A DNA stretch of 63,934 bases, the filler included, from Salisapilia sapeloensis CBS 127946 (lineage: Eukaryota > Protista > Oomycota), in NCBI GenBank assembly GCA_023334545.1. It is 14 parts of 14 records of this genome, joined end to end, with 100 filler letters (N's around TTAATTAATTAA, not from the genome) between each part and the next. Parts side by side here need not be neighbours in the genome. Positions count along the whole stretch, not along the records: positions 9,138 to 12,302 come from JAADVB010000782.1; positions 12,403 to 15,528 come from JAADVB010000785.1; positions 15,629 to 21,083 come from JAADVB010000617.1; 11 more parts are not named here. One strand, 5' to 3'. Made by a program: the position numbers and the translations under genes. Below are positions 9,465 through 21,183 of the stretch, one piece after another. The notes beneath the pieces are model-generated. The model was not told the DNA's origin. It saw only the letters and a list, made by a program, of their open reading frames with translations, and searched no databases. Numbering within the stretch: position 1 is the first letter of the stretch; each line of letters begins with the position of its first letter.

Positions 9465-11975
9465 AAAATGTTATTTTATAAAATAACAAGATCTCTAAAC
9501 GCCAACTTTAACGAAGCGAATGAATTTAAAACTTGTGCACGATTTTATTTTATTTTTAAAAAAGCTTTTTGCTAACTTTATCTACGAACAAAAACGCTTA
9601 CTGTTAAACAAACCTTGGTATGGTTATTTACAAGTTAAAAATATCAATAAAAATGAATTTAAAATAATAAAACTAACTGAACTTTCTTACAATTTAATAT
9701 AAAACAAAACAAAATTATAAGTAGGTAAAAAATATTTTCTAATGCAGTACAACTTTCGCAATAAACTAAAACAAAATGCAATTTATATTTTATTAGCTAC
9801 GTAGTTAATGTAACAAAAAAACATAAAATTAAATAGGTACACAGAATTGGTACATAAGACACAATAACATAACCAATGTTTTTATAAACTTTAAAAAAAT
9901 CTGTTTTGTAAACGTAAAAAGCGTTATATACAATAGTAGTGATTCGTTAAAAATTAGGCACTTACAATAAAGTATTAAACCTGTCAAAATTGCAAAATAT
10001 AATGAGTTGTCTCGTTGCTAAAATACTAAAATACTGTCTATAACTTTCAGATAATCTAAGGCTTTATTACAAGTGTTCATAAATCAATTTAGTTTTAATT
10101 ATAATAAATCATATCTAAAAGTAATTTATTTTTTTTAAGATACGATCATAAGTGTAGATAATAAAATTTTTTTAAAGTAAACTAAGGCATTTTATGCCAG
10201 GTTTTACACCGTTTAAAAAATGTACAGAATAATAAAATATAAACAACTTACACAAAAATGTAATAAATTACGACACTAATTCCCATTAACAAACAACTGC
10301 GATAACACATTCTTTTAGTAAAGTTTCTTGCAATTGTAGAATGCAAGAAGCAAAAAATGGCTAATAAACAAATATTAATATAAAATATGTGATACTGTCA
10401 AAACTCATAAAAAGTCTATAAAATTACAACATAATATTATAAAATAAGGTGATGTAGAACCTGTAAATTTCGATATGCCTTATCTTATTTTTTGTATTTT
10501 TAACATAACTTTTTAAATTCTTTCTAACTATTTGTATGATTCTTATTCTTAAAAAAACTTGTATTTTATGCGCTTTCCAAATATTACAAATTTAAATATT
10601 ACTTAAATCTGTTAAACTTAAGATTTTATAAAAACGTATTTTATGAAACACATCGCTATATATAAACTAAATCAATCGCATTGTAACCAAAGTTTTTTAA
10701 TTTATCTTTTTACTGATAAAATTTAGTTTTAAACCAAATAATTTTTTTTCTTTTTATTTAACACAAACACAAAAAGTATTTAAATCTACAAAAAGGATTA
10801 TGCATGATTATGTGCATAAAATATAATATTTTAGTAAACGATTATTCTTTTTACTTAAATGTATTTTAAGTTTTTAAAGCAAATATATATTTAAGTAAAT
10901 TATACTTTATATGTAACATATTTTGTTGTATTTATTTATCAAATTTTTGTTTCATATGTATTTATTTCTATTTGCACAAAAAGATTTGTGTTAAACCATT
11001 TTGTACAGTCTATTTTTTGATATTTACTGTTTTTGTGTATCAAAATACAAAGCATATATTTTCGTTTGGTATTTTGTACAAATTTTTCTATAATGTTAAA
11101 TGTTCTCATTGTAGTTAATGTAGAACAGAGTACTCTATTTATGTGTTCGCTAGACTGTTAAACTTGATTGAAAGCTATGGTACATCATTGCATAAAATTT
11201 TCTGCTTTTTGTGTTTTATACAAGATCGTAAGTTTTTATAATGTAACAAAACCAACATTTATACATCTTGTTTTAATCACATTAGATAAAATTTGTAGAT
11301 GCACTAAAATGAGGTTCAAATTTAATGAAAGTTAATTATTGTTTTATTTAATGGTTTTACACAAAATTTTATGTTAATGTATACGAATGCCTTGTGTACA
11401 AACAACAAAACAACCATTTAAATATTTTTCATTTTAACTGTCATAATATTAATACTATTTACATTCTACACTTACAAATACATTGCCGCAGGCTTTAAAT
11501 AATGTTTTTACCTATGTTGTAATTATTTTACGCAAAGTGGTTTTAAAATAGACAAATGGTTCACGTATTATATAAGTGCTATCATATAAAACAACTCATT
11601 TCATACTTTTATCAAAATTTTGATTGTTTATAAAAAATTTATTACGCCCAAATCACATTGCTGATTGTGCTAGCTTAATAAAAATACTCGACTATGTTTT
11701 ATATTCTTGTAATATAGGTCAATTTATGGATATATTTAAAATTTTAACAATGTAGATTGTTTGTTAAATATGTAGAAGATTTTATTTACTTATTTTAACT
11801 TTTGTAAGTGAAATTTAAAAGAGTATATTTATAAAAAAGAAAGTAGTTTTGTCCCATTTTTTGTGCGATAGACTTTTTTACATTTTTGTAATAGACATAT
11901 ATATTTTTATTAAGTACACTTGTATCGCAAAAGTTGGTTTTGATTGGTATAATTATGTTAAGTATATTAAACTAA
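9465..11975. other. Extremely AT-rich (about 18-23% GC in sampled windows), ORF-less spacer between inverted arms; possible hypermutated mobile-element or viral relic
   Basis: GC hand-counted at 41/180 (9781-9960) and 32/180 (10861-11040). Only one ORF reaches 60 codons. No tRNA or rRNA is visible. Confidence 0.8.
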
Positions 11976-12302
11976 GAATCTTGTGACGATTGGGGAAATT
12001 TAGTTTTTTGCCTACCTAAAACGAATACAAATGTGGTACCGATAAACCCTTTGAAACAGTATGCTTGAGCATACCTGTATCACAAGAAAGTAGTCGATTT
12101 GTACGAACATAGTCAATGTTCAACTTAATGCTTAGCTCAAACGTGCACTCCTCTGTTACTCTGGTCTATCATGTCTTGTTTGCATTCGCAGCTTCGAGCC
12201 ACATCGTCGACGTAACTTTCTTCGTAGAGCTTGTTGTCGTCATTGGCAACTTCAAACAAACAACATGCATGAGCTGAGCCCTCATGCGCAAAAAATATGC
12301 TA
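11976..12302 (-). repeat. Right arm of the inverted repeat (327 bp visible)
   Basis: Reverse complement of 9138-9464. Confidence 0.97.
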
Positions 12303-12638
12303 NNNNNNNNNNNNNNNNNNNNNNNNNNNNNNNNNNNNNNNNNNNNTTAATTAATTAANNNNNNNNNNNNNNNNNNNNNNNNNNNNNNNNNNNNNNNNNN
12401 NNACGACAATTCACACGCAAATGGTACCGGAAGCAGTGGAAGTCCGTCCAATACGCAGCCGCTGCCCCGACGATGCCTTTGCGATGGCAGAGACTCAGCC
12501 AAGTGACGGCACGACGGTGTGGTACCAACGAGATTACTGGAAGTCCAGATATGGTTAATTTTGCAATGTGCACAAATAAAGTTGCTAGAAATGTAATATT
12601 TAGATAAATATGGTTGAGCTACTCGTCCATCCGACGAG

Positions 12639-14064
12639 ATGTCCAAATCTGTTCACTCGATGCTTGGTGCGACTCGGGAGCAGACAGAAGAGATTGAATG
12701 GGATGACGAATCTATATGGAAAGAGTCAGGTTTCCAAGCTTTTCTTGATGCGAATAGTATAAAACGAAGTGACCTCCTCGTGAAGTCTTCATTGCCCCGC
12801 TTTTTCAGGTTTGCGTGTGCCATTGAATACGGCGTATGTGCGGTCAATCGGTTTAAACTATTGCATTTGTTGGGTAGAATCCCTCGCAACGATCAAAGCG
12901 AAACAGTTCTTGCTTCGATAACTAAAGAGCTGCACGCGTCTGGTCACGAGCCTCCGCATGCAGTGCGTTGGCTTCCCGGATTCTACTCCATTCCAGGACA
13001 CATCCTGCTATCGAAGCTGACTGCTTATGATAAGGGCCATCTTCATGGCATTGATGCGTCTTCTGGATTTGCCATTACTTTGCTAGACCTCCAGCCAAGT
13101 ACGCTTACTAGCATATTCAATCATGATTCATTTCTCAAACGTAGATGTTGGCAGGTGACCACGTACTAGACCTGTGTTGTGCTCCTGGTGCAAAGCTGAC
13201 GTTTATTGCCGAGCTGCTTCGAAAGGAGGGTTCTGTAACCGGAGTAGACGTCTCTCGATCTCGCTTAGGCGCTTGCCGTCAGCTAGTGTACAAGCAGCAG
13301 TTACACCTCCCTCCTGCCGATGGAGACAAAGCTAGATGGAGGTGTCGACTGCTCTGCGCTGATGGCCGAAAAGTTTGCGTGGGGCCAGCGGATGATGTCG
13401 TTAGTCCGGACGTAGAAGAAGTGCTGGATACATGGGAAATCGAAAAGCGAGGTAGCAAAGGCCAGGGTAGGAAGCGCAAGAACAAGAGCGCTAGGGCGAG
13501 AGAGAAGAAACAAAAGGTCGAGGTTGCAAGCAGGACGACTACTGAGCGTGAAGGCTATACCAAAGTGCTGGTAGATGCAGAGTGTACGCATGATGGGTCG
13601 ATTCGCCATTTGCAGCGTCTGCGAACGAAAGAGGAGTGGGGCCAGTACGTCTCAGCTCACTTAAATGACGAGCAACTAGACCGTGTTAGAAACCTTCAGC
13701 GCGACCTCATTCGGTTCGTGAACTCCGATGTAGAGCTAGTGGATTTACTCATCTTTTAAATGCTGTAGCAACGGCTTTAGGCTTCTCGATCGAGGAGGAG
13801 TACTAATCTATAGCACCTGCAGTCTATCTGTGAAGCAGAATGAAGATATTGTATCCGACTTCTTACAAGAACACTCGGCTGCCACGATCGTTCCTATCGA
13901 TAGGACCGGACTTCCTTGTCAGGTAGCAACTACTTGAATCGATGGAAAGGTATAGCCATAGTTGACGAGCGACATGGTAGGAGGGCGGCATTCCTGGAAC
14001 GGTGCGCTTTACTCCAGCCCAAGCCACGAGCGGATTGTTCATTGCTCGCCTTCGTAAGACTTGA
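12639..14064 (+). CDS. RNA (cytosine-C5) methyltransferase, NOL1/NOP2/Sun (RsmB/RsmF) family; multi-exon
   Basis: Motifs 'DLCCAPGAK', 'VLVDAECTHDGS', 'LIYSTCSL' and C-terminal 'TSGLFIARLRKT*' across short GT-AG introns. Confidence 0.88.
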
Positions 14065-14441
14065 TTGGTATCTCAACGTTAGGTGTACGCTTTGTCATCT
14101 AGTGACTTGCTGAATCTGAACGGACGGCGATACATTCGTAGCTGCTTGAGCCCAGCGGTAACTGAAATGAATTAGCTGATCTCGATCATCTGCGGGATAT
14201 GTCGTGTGTCAATTTACTCGTATCATCCGATTCTTCTAGCGAACTAGTGATGAGCTAGTGAATGCTGGTGATACAAAAATTCCCACTCACGATGATAGAA
14301 AAGTCACCTGTGCTACTCGTAGCGAATCTGTCTGCAAGATAGATTAAATTTTGATGCTGAGAGTACTGAGAGAAAAGTCGATGCCAACTTTCAGTCGACC
14401 AGTCTACGACTAGTGCACAATTGTAGCATGCATTGAAACTG

Positions 14442-14605
14442 AGCAGCGAGAAAATGCCAAGTTGAATGGTTCTTTTGATTCTCGGTTGGCTACTTGCTTG
14501 GATGCTCTAGAACTAGACGCTCGTGTACGAATACGAGTCTGCACGGGTGAGGAGTTGGTATCTAATAAGTTCGCTGCTGGGTTACAATCTGCTCGAGCTA
14601 TCTTC
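14442..14605 (+). pseudogene. Decayed 3' fragment of the 23484-25247 membrane-protein gene
   Basis: 'gctcgtgtacgaatac', 'gaggagttggtat' and 'tacaatctgctcgag' align with about 24957-25125 (LVYEY..EELV..YNPLE). The frame is broken. It sits in the same position relative to the adjacent AAAP gene as the intact copy. Confidence 0.7.
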
Positions 14606-14822
14606 GGCAACAAATAGTGTCAGCACTGGCAGGGCTCGAGGCTCCCGTCGCTGACAGTATTTCGAATAATGCTCGTCCACTGTACAACCACACTGCAGCA
14701 CCTTGATTGATATCTGAATAAGTGATTAACGCAGGAACACAGATAACATTGTCACGATAAACAGCTTAGTCATTTACGCAATATGTCTTTAACTACGACA
14801 CGCCACTCCACCTAAGACTCGC

Positions 14823-15528
14823 CTAGTCGGAAGCAGTTGCATTGTAAAAGATCTCGAATTGGTTCTCAGTGTGGCAGAAGGGGAAGATGGGATCATCTTC
14901 AGATTTTTCGTCGGGATTGAAGAGCTCTTTACCAGCCGTGTAAGTGACGTAAGACCCGAGCGCGAGACAAATGCAAATGACCGTGATGGCCGCAATCTTC
15001 TCATACCATGGAACAGAGCTCCAGCACTGCTTCAGGTAGAAGGTGATAGGCAGAATGATGCAGCTCACTGTGATGGCAGACGCACCCGTGAAATCCGTCA
15101 AGCTCAAAAAGTGGTCTTGGAGCAAGACGGAAGCGACAACAAGTACTGCAATCAATGCTAGTCGCATGATAATGTACTTCACTCGGTTCACGCCAGTGTA
15201 CTCGGACAAGTTAGCCTCGTAGTCATCGTAGACCCTCTCAATGTCCGCCGCCGAAACAACTGAGTTTCTGTTAGATACATGCGATACCTTCTCAGGAACA
15301 TTGACCGATGGAGTTTCCACCGTCGTGTACACTCCTTGTTCGTTTTCGTCTGAAGGCTTCTGATGCATCTTAAGAAGCATACGTTCTAGGATGTAGAAGG
15401 CAGGGTGGAGGAGAAGCGAGAATGCGATCATAATGTGAAGCATCATGGCAAGATACGCAATGACGGTGGCACCCCAGCTGGTCGGGAAGCCAAGGGCCGA
15501 TAGCCCGGTCTCCGCTTTCGGGTAGATA
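14823..15528 (-). CDS. Amino acid/auxin permease (AAAP) family transporter, copy 1, 3' half (its 5' half is 21184-22032)
   Basis: Highly similar to the C-terminal half of 25369-26832. The contig end 15438-15528 is identical to 21184-21274. Confidence 0.9.
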
Positions 15529-15799
15529 NNNNNNNNNNNNNNNNNNNNNNNNNNNNNNNNNNNNNNNNNNNNTTAATTAATTAANNNNNNNNNNNNNNNN
15601 NNNNNNNNNNNNNNNNNNNNNNNNNNNNCACCCTAGACGTGCGGAAGACGAAACATAAAGCCGCTACCATCATGAACACCACCAGGAACGACGCGCAAAC
15701 CACACGCGCGCCACGCAAGACAGACAAGGAAAAAATGCTCGCAGGACAAGTGCACTCCACCACAGCACCGAAGGTTGTACCTAGAGATGGTCGGAAAAT

Positions 15800-17815
15800 A
15801 TTTGCACCATGGTGCTTAATGCATGTTAATGTGTGCGATATTATGTAAAAACGGCAAGGTACAGTCCCGTCAAGGAGCAAAAAACTCATGATATGAATTG
15901 TGCTGTTTCAAAAGCACTTGGAACGCGCCGGTGGTGAGACCCTTTTTGGCCCTCCGACTCGCTCTGAGAAGTCTCCTGCCGCGCCATCATGATCAACCCG
16001 TTGTTGCGTTTCATGTCAGTTTTTTCGTCGTCCACGACTTCCTCGACCACTACTCTCCATAACTGAGTGAGCACCTTGTGAGCATCGGTCTCTCGGTCCA
16101 GTTGCTCTGTACCAAGTGGTTCTTTTCGTTCATGGCAGGATCTTCCATTTGTTGTCGCCTCGAGGCTGCTTCATGTGCTTATTCTAGACAGTTTACAGGA
16201 AGATTGACAGATAAAGGGCAAAGTGCTACTGTCGTCTTCTCTGGTGATGTTTCTGTACTTGAAGTCAGTGCTTGTAAAAGTGGAGGATGCGAGTGTGGCA
16301 ATGGATGCGCTGAGAGAGTTCAGTTTATCAACTCTGGAAGATCTCAGTACCAGTACCTCGTTCCTAGATTTGGCTTCCTACCTAAAAGTTGTAGTGCGAG
16401 TATAAAAAGCGTTTCATCAGATTAAGAGAAGTAGATGGCGATCTGGTAATCTTTGTAGCTTATCGTTGGGAAGTGGAAGTAGTGGAAAGTTGGATGTGCT
16501 GTCGTGTTCAAGTGTTCGAAGCGACCGAAAGGATCGGAAGAAGTGGATATGGCTGGAAAGATCTATAGATCCGGTACACGTGGCGTATCAAAGTAGACGC
16601 GGCGTTTTGGAATAGCATACGCATTGGGTGTGGCCGATTCTGATACGGCGGATGTCGTGTCCGTCTAACTTAGAGGAGACGGTGGACGGGATGAAGGACG
16701 AAGGGGAACAGGGAGAATTGCTGGATAAAGAAGTAGACAATTCGATTGAAATTGATATTAGTAGAACGAAAGAATTACAGGAGGACCAGGCTGGACGCAT
16801 GTGTAGAGTCTTACGAGCGTTTGCGATCCGGAACCGGAGAGCAGGATACTGTCAGGGCATGAACGAAATTCTGTTGGTGCTCATCCAACACCTGGATGGC
16901 AAGACAGTGTTGAGAGGTCTTATTTTGCTCATCGAAGGACTCATGCCTGCTTACCACGTGGACTCGATGATTGGTCTGCATACGGATTGTGCAGTTTTAA
17001 ATACGTTGCTGAAGCAGAATGACCCAGAGCTACATGGTCACTTCAGTGAGTTGGGACTCAACATGAAGATTCTGTGCACCAAGTGGCTAGTCACGTGCTT
17101 TCAAACGTCCCTACCACATCATTGTGGCATTCAAGTGATCGACATGCTGCTGGCAAGGACAGAGGAAGGTCAGAGAGCGTCACGAGTGCTCTTAGACGCC
17201 GGCATTTGCTCTTTCTTCGCTCAACAAGAGTATGCACTGGAAGCGAAATATTCTGGAGAAGTGCTGATGGCTGTGAACGAGTAGTATGCGCGGGAAATAG
17301 GCAAGATGCAAGAAGAGATGGATGGTTTCCTTGCGTTTTGCTACTCTGTTACAAATCAACTGGAGCCGGGCGTGGTGGACGAGTTCCGGTCGGTACACAA
17401 AGAGGAAGTCATGGAGCGGTTTGCTGCGTTTGAAGCCAAGAAGATCGAGATGCGCCACCAGTTGCAGGCATCCAAGTGGGGGAATATCCCTACTCGACGC
17501 CAATGTCACTGATGACGAATGAGACTGCCAGCGAACCGTTTCCAGCTGCAAGTAAGTCGCCGAGTTCCTTGCTGACTGATAGCAAGGGCATCCTATCATG
17601 AGGTAGATGTTTTGGACGCCAGTCGGAGTTATGCACAGGAGCTAGATAGCATGGAGGAGTAGCTGGATGACGTCGGAGAGCTCTTCGCAAGAGGAAAGAT
17701 TGACGACAAGGAGTTTGTCTGCATCAATGCTCAGATCGTGCGCAAGTGTTGCAAGACGATCAACTCACCTCGAGCGTCATTAATGCGCGTACGAGAGGTA
17801 AAGGACGAATTTTAA
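15800..17815 (+). pseudogene. Pseudogene of a tandem (two-domain) TBC/Rab-GAP protein
   Basis: Second TBC domain: 'IEIDISRT', 'GYCQGMN', 'ILCTKWLVTCF'. First, decayed domain: 'LLPRHHDQ..HYSP*LSEHL..LLCTKWFFSF'. In-frame stops at 16060, 16205, 16403, 16613, 17282 and 17660, plus frameshifts. Confidence 0.78.
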
Positions 17816-18193
17816 CAGGCAGCAAACAAAGACGGCCATGACTCTCCTGCTTATAAGTGACCTTTCGTTTCTAGCGGCGAAAACGAGGGCATGGACCGGT
17901 TATGATGGAAAACTGGATCGGCAAAATCGTTGTATGGTCAGACAAAACGTGCAAAGAAGAAAACGTTTGATATCATGAGACTCACTTTCGAGTGAGTTTG
18001 ATGGAAAATATATGTACAGTTGAGTCGGGTAAGGATATACTTTGTGTAATTGCAGTCATCTGTAGATGCTGCCTGTTTCATCGATGTCGGTTATGCTTTT
18101 GGGAAGTGCCACCTCTTCACGGGAGTTTCATGGGCGCGCAAGACCTCCTAGTTGGAACCACCGCTTCAGTGTTAGCAATCCCACAAAGAGCGG

Positions 18194-21083
18194 ATGGCAG
18201 ACGACACTGTCTGGCTCGAAGAGTTTCTACGCGCAGATGCAGCAAAGAGCAGTGCATCAGCAGAAGTCCACTCAGGACGGCAACCCAAGGTTAAAACGGC
18301 GTCACCGCGACCTGACCAAGAGAAGGATCGACCGAGTGCAAAAAACTATCGATCAACGCCACCATCGACTGGACCCAGAACGGCGACCAGGTCCAGGTCG
18401 AAGACTTTAGCGCAAGGTACTCCTGCAGCACAGCCTCGAAGAAAGCTACCAGACAGTTTTCTCACAAAAGACGGAAGAAGCTCCACGGCAAGTAAAACAG
18501 ACACAGCACGTCGACGAGAACTTGCTTGGAATACATCTTTTCCAGCAGAGCATGCTGATGCGCAATTGCGAACGGAAAGTAGACTCAAGCAAACGATAGC
18601 TTACAGTGAGATACAGGCAAGGCGGAAGTCCAGCCCATTGTCGAGGAGAACTAGTCAGAGAGAACGAGTGGGGAAGACTGCAGAGGAAGCGGCCATTCTG
18701 CGACACGTCCTACTTCGTGAAGCAGCGGTGATCGAATTGAAGGAGCTCGTAGAAGCCGTAGCACCAGATGAAGTGCTACCGGAGCACCAAGCAACTCGTT
18801 TGATCCAGCTCCTGTTGACAATACGCGAGGAAAGCGTGTTGGTAGTTCAAGCGATGGCGAAATGGCATCGTGTCAGTGGAGCGCAATCATTTTATCACGA
18901 CGGTCGACACTATTGCCTAAAGATGCTGAGCGATTTGAACTTTTTAGCTGCCTTGCCACATCTGGCGAGAGTACTCGATGTGGACCCAAGCAAGATGAAA
19001 CAGAATCCGTTTATGATGCCAGTGCCCATTTTTGGGCGCGACTTTAGCTCACCACCGGTAAAGAGAAAGTCGACAAAACCTCCGAAGTATGACATGGCGC
19101 TTCTGGGGAATGATCGCGTCCTCGAGGCCGAAAAATATTTTGCTTGGTGCCTCGTACACCTCCCAGGATTTTCGAGCGACCCAACACAACTATACGTAGG
19201 ATCAAAGAGAGCTACGTATGGATGGCAAAAAGAAGCCGAGAAACAACTAGAGATACTTTCGCACCCTCTCGAGTCGGAGGTTGGCCAGATTCATGTCATG
19301 GAGCCGTCTCCTTTGATGAAACGCCGCGGACTTTTACCTTCTCTTCCTATATCTCCCTCAAAAACTCTCACCGAGCTTGTGGCTAGTGTCCGAGAAGTTG
19401 ATGCCTCTAGCTTCCGTTCCAGTTTGCCCAGATGGCTGACTGTCGAGTGGGAAGGCGAGGAATTTAGAGCCAGTAGCACAGAGCTATACGAATTAGGGGC
19501 ACCAGAGGAGCCTTTGCATCAATCCATTCCCCTTGTCACAGCTGCAGTGCTAATCCTCTTAAGCCCTGGTGATCGGTTGCTGAAGGATATCTCATGGAAG
19601 TCGAGTCGGAAAATCCTCTTTCATAGCAATTCTCTTTTGGATCGACTAGAACGTCTTGAGGTGGAAACCATACCGAGCTTTAAATGGAAAGCATTAGCAC
19701 CTTTCCTACAGAACGGCGCTTTTCGACCAACGGCCCTGCGACCAATTTCCTCTGCTGCCGCGACATTGTGTGCATGGGTACTTGCAACCTTGTATTTAGC
19801 GGAGACGTCTAAATTGGAGCAGCAGTCTAGCACTCTCAAGGATGAAGATCCGGACAAAATTAATCTTCTTCGGGAACTGGATGAATTCGATTTCACCTAT
19901 GTGCAGAACCAACGCGACGAAGTTTTTGTACATTCTGGTAAAACAGAGGTCTTATTCTTAGGTGACGGCAAACATGACTCTGCTTCCGAGCCAGAATTGA
20001 TATCTGAACGTACAGATAAGACTGAGGCCTCACCAATCGACGATCTGACTGCTAATTTACCAGAGGAAACACTCATTCCTTTGCGCACATGTCCTTGGAC
20101 GTTATCAGGAGTGTCATACATCATATCAATACTTTTGAGAGGTAAAACCGATGGAGAGTTTCAAGGAACTCATGTTGTTCTTCAGCTTTACGAGCCTATT
20201 ACATCAGTTGAATCGAAATTATCCATGTCTGTTGATGATCTTCGACTGGACTTTGGTCCCAATGTCTTAGAGCTGTTCCAGAAAGGTGAGTGGGAACTTA
20301 TGTGCAATGCCATCTTCCAACAAGTCGACAAAATTGTTCTCGGTAAAGACTATCGGCCCCCTACGCCTAAGAGTTCGCAAGAGCAGCAATATGACAACCA
20401 ACAGTCTACACAGTCTTTCGAGTCTGCAAAACTCGAGCAACAACTCCAAGTGGAATCATCTACTCGTATTCAAGGCGTCGCTCGTCAGCGGCAGGCCCGA
20501 AAAGTTGTTGAAGAGAAGCGAAGCTTAAAGCAAAAGCGCATTGACTCAGCAGTTACCATCCAGTGTGCTGTCCGACAACGACGAGCAACTAAAATTGCCC
20601 AAGCAAAAAGAACCTTCAAGCAAAAGAAAGCTGAATCTGCACTAACTATTCAATGTGCCGCTCGACAACATCAAGCTCGTAACGCTGTCCAGGCAACACG
20701 AAAATTCCAGCCAAACCGTAACAATTCCGCATTAACTATCCAGTGTGCTGTTCGTCAACGACAGGCATACCGTAGTGTCCAGGCCAAACGAATCTTAAAC
20801 CAAACCCATACCAACGCAGCGGTCACCATCCAGTGCGCTGCACGGCAACAGCATTCACGCCGAGTCGTAAACGACACACGAAACCACAAAAACACCGTTG
20901 CCAGCACAGACCCGACAACAACACATCAACACCTACAATGTCAAAAGCTCCCCACCGCTGCTGGTACGGACGGCATGGCGCGTGAAGAGGAGGCTTCGAT
21001 TGCCGGTGGCGCGAAGAGTGGCGCGGTCGAAGCAGAGGCAGTACCGGAAGCAGAGGCAGCACCGGCAGCACCGGAAGCGGATG
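18194..21083 (+). CDS. Large uncharacterised protein with a dynein MTBD-like segment and five IQ-like repeats; 3' end truncated
   Basis: Uninterrupted ORF of more than 960 codons. 19468-19805 resembles the dynein stalk microtubule-binding domain, and IQxxxR repeats follow at a 30-aa period. Confidence 0.8.
20468..20860 (+). repeat. Five 90-nt tandem coding repeats (IQ-like motif IQxxxRQxxxR)
   Basis: IQ codons start at 20468, 20558, 20648, 20738 and 20828. Confidence 0.85.
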
Positions 21084-21183
21084 NNNNNNNNNNNNNNNNN
21101 NNNNNNNNNNNNNNNNNNNNNNNNNNNTTAATTAATTAANNNNNNNNNNNNNNNNNNNNNNNNNNNNNNNNNNNNNNNNNNNN

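Noticed and set aside
10756-11903. Motif-like strings in the AT-rich core on the minus strand: 'IILFVDLNTF' (Y-family polymerase-like), 'FYAHNH' (protein-primed PolB-like), 'VVLYDSTY' (MULE-like), 'CLLQKCKKVY' (zinc-finger-like)
   Set aside because: Each lacks the downstream motifs required by its family, they suggest mutually incompatible identities, and short matches are expected in low-complexity translations.
9465-11975. Small single-copy region of a Pythium-type inverted-repeat mitochondrial genome
   Set aside because: The size and AT content fit, but the arms are about 45% GC and no mitochondrial ORF, tRNA or rRNA is visible. Considered unlikely; read depth would settle it.
9465-11975. 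Classical fungal RIP or CpG-methylation decay as the cause of AT richness
   Set aside because: CpA/TpG and CpG are retained in sampled windows, and the repeated arms are the least affected part.
12403-12558. Frame open from the contig edge ending 'WYQRDYWKSRYG*'
   Set aside because: May be a gene 3' end, but it is too short to assign and other frames are also open.
16600-17670. Three in-frame TAG codons in the TBC gene as stop-codon reassignment or readthrough
   Set aside because: The same gene also has TAA/TGA stops and frameshifts, and many intact genes in the window end in TAG. The stops' sequence contexts also do not match the pattern in the AT-rich island.
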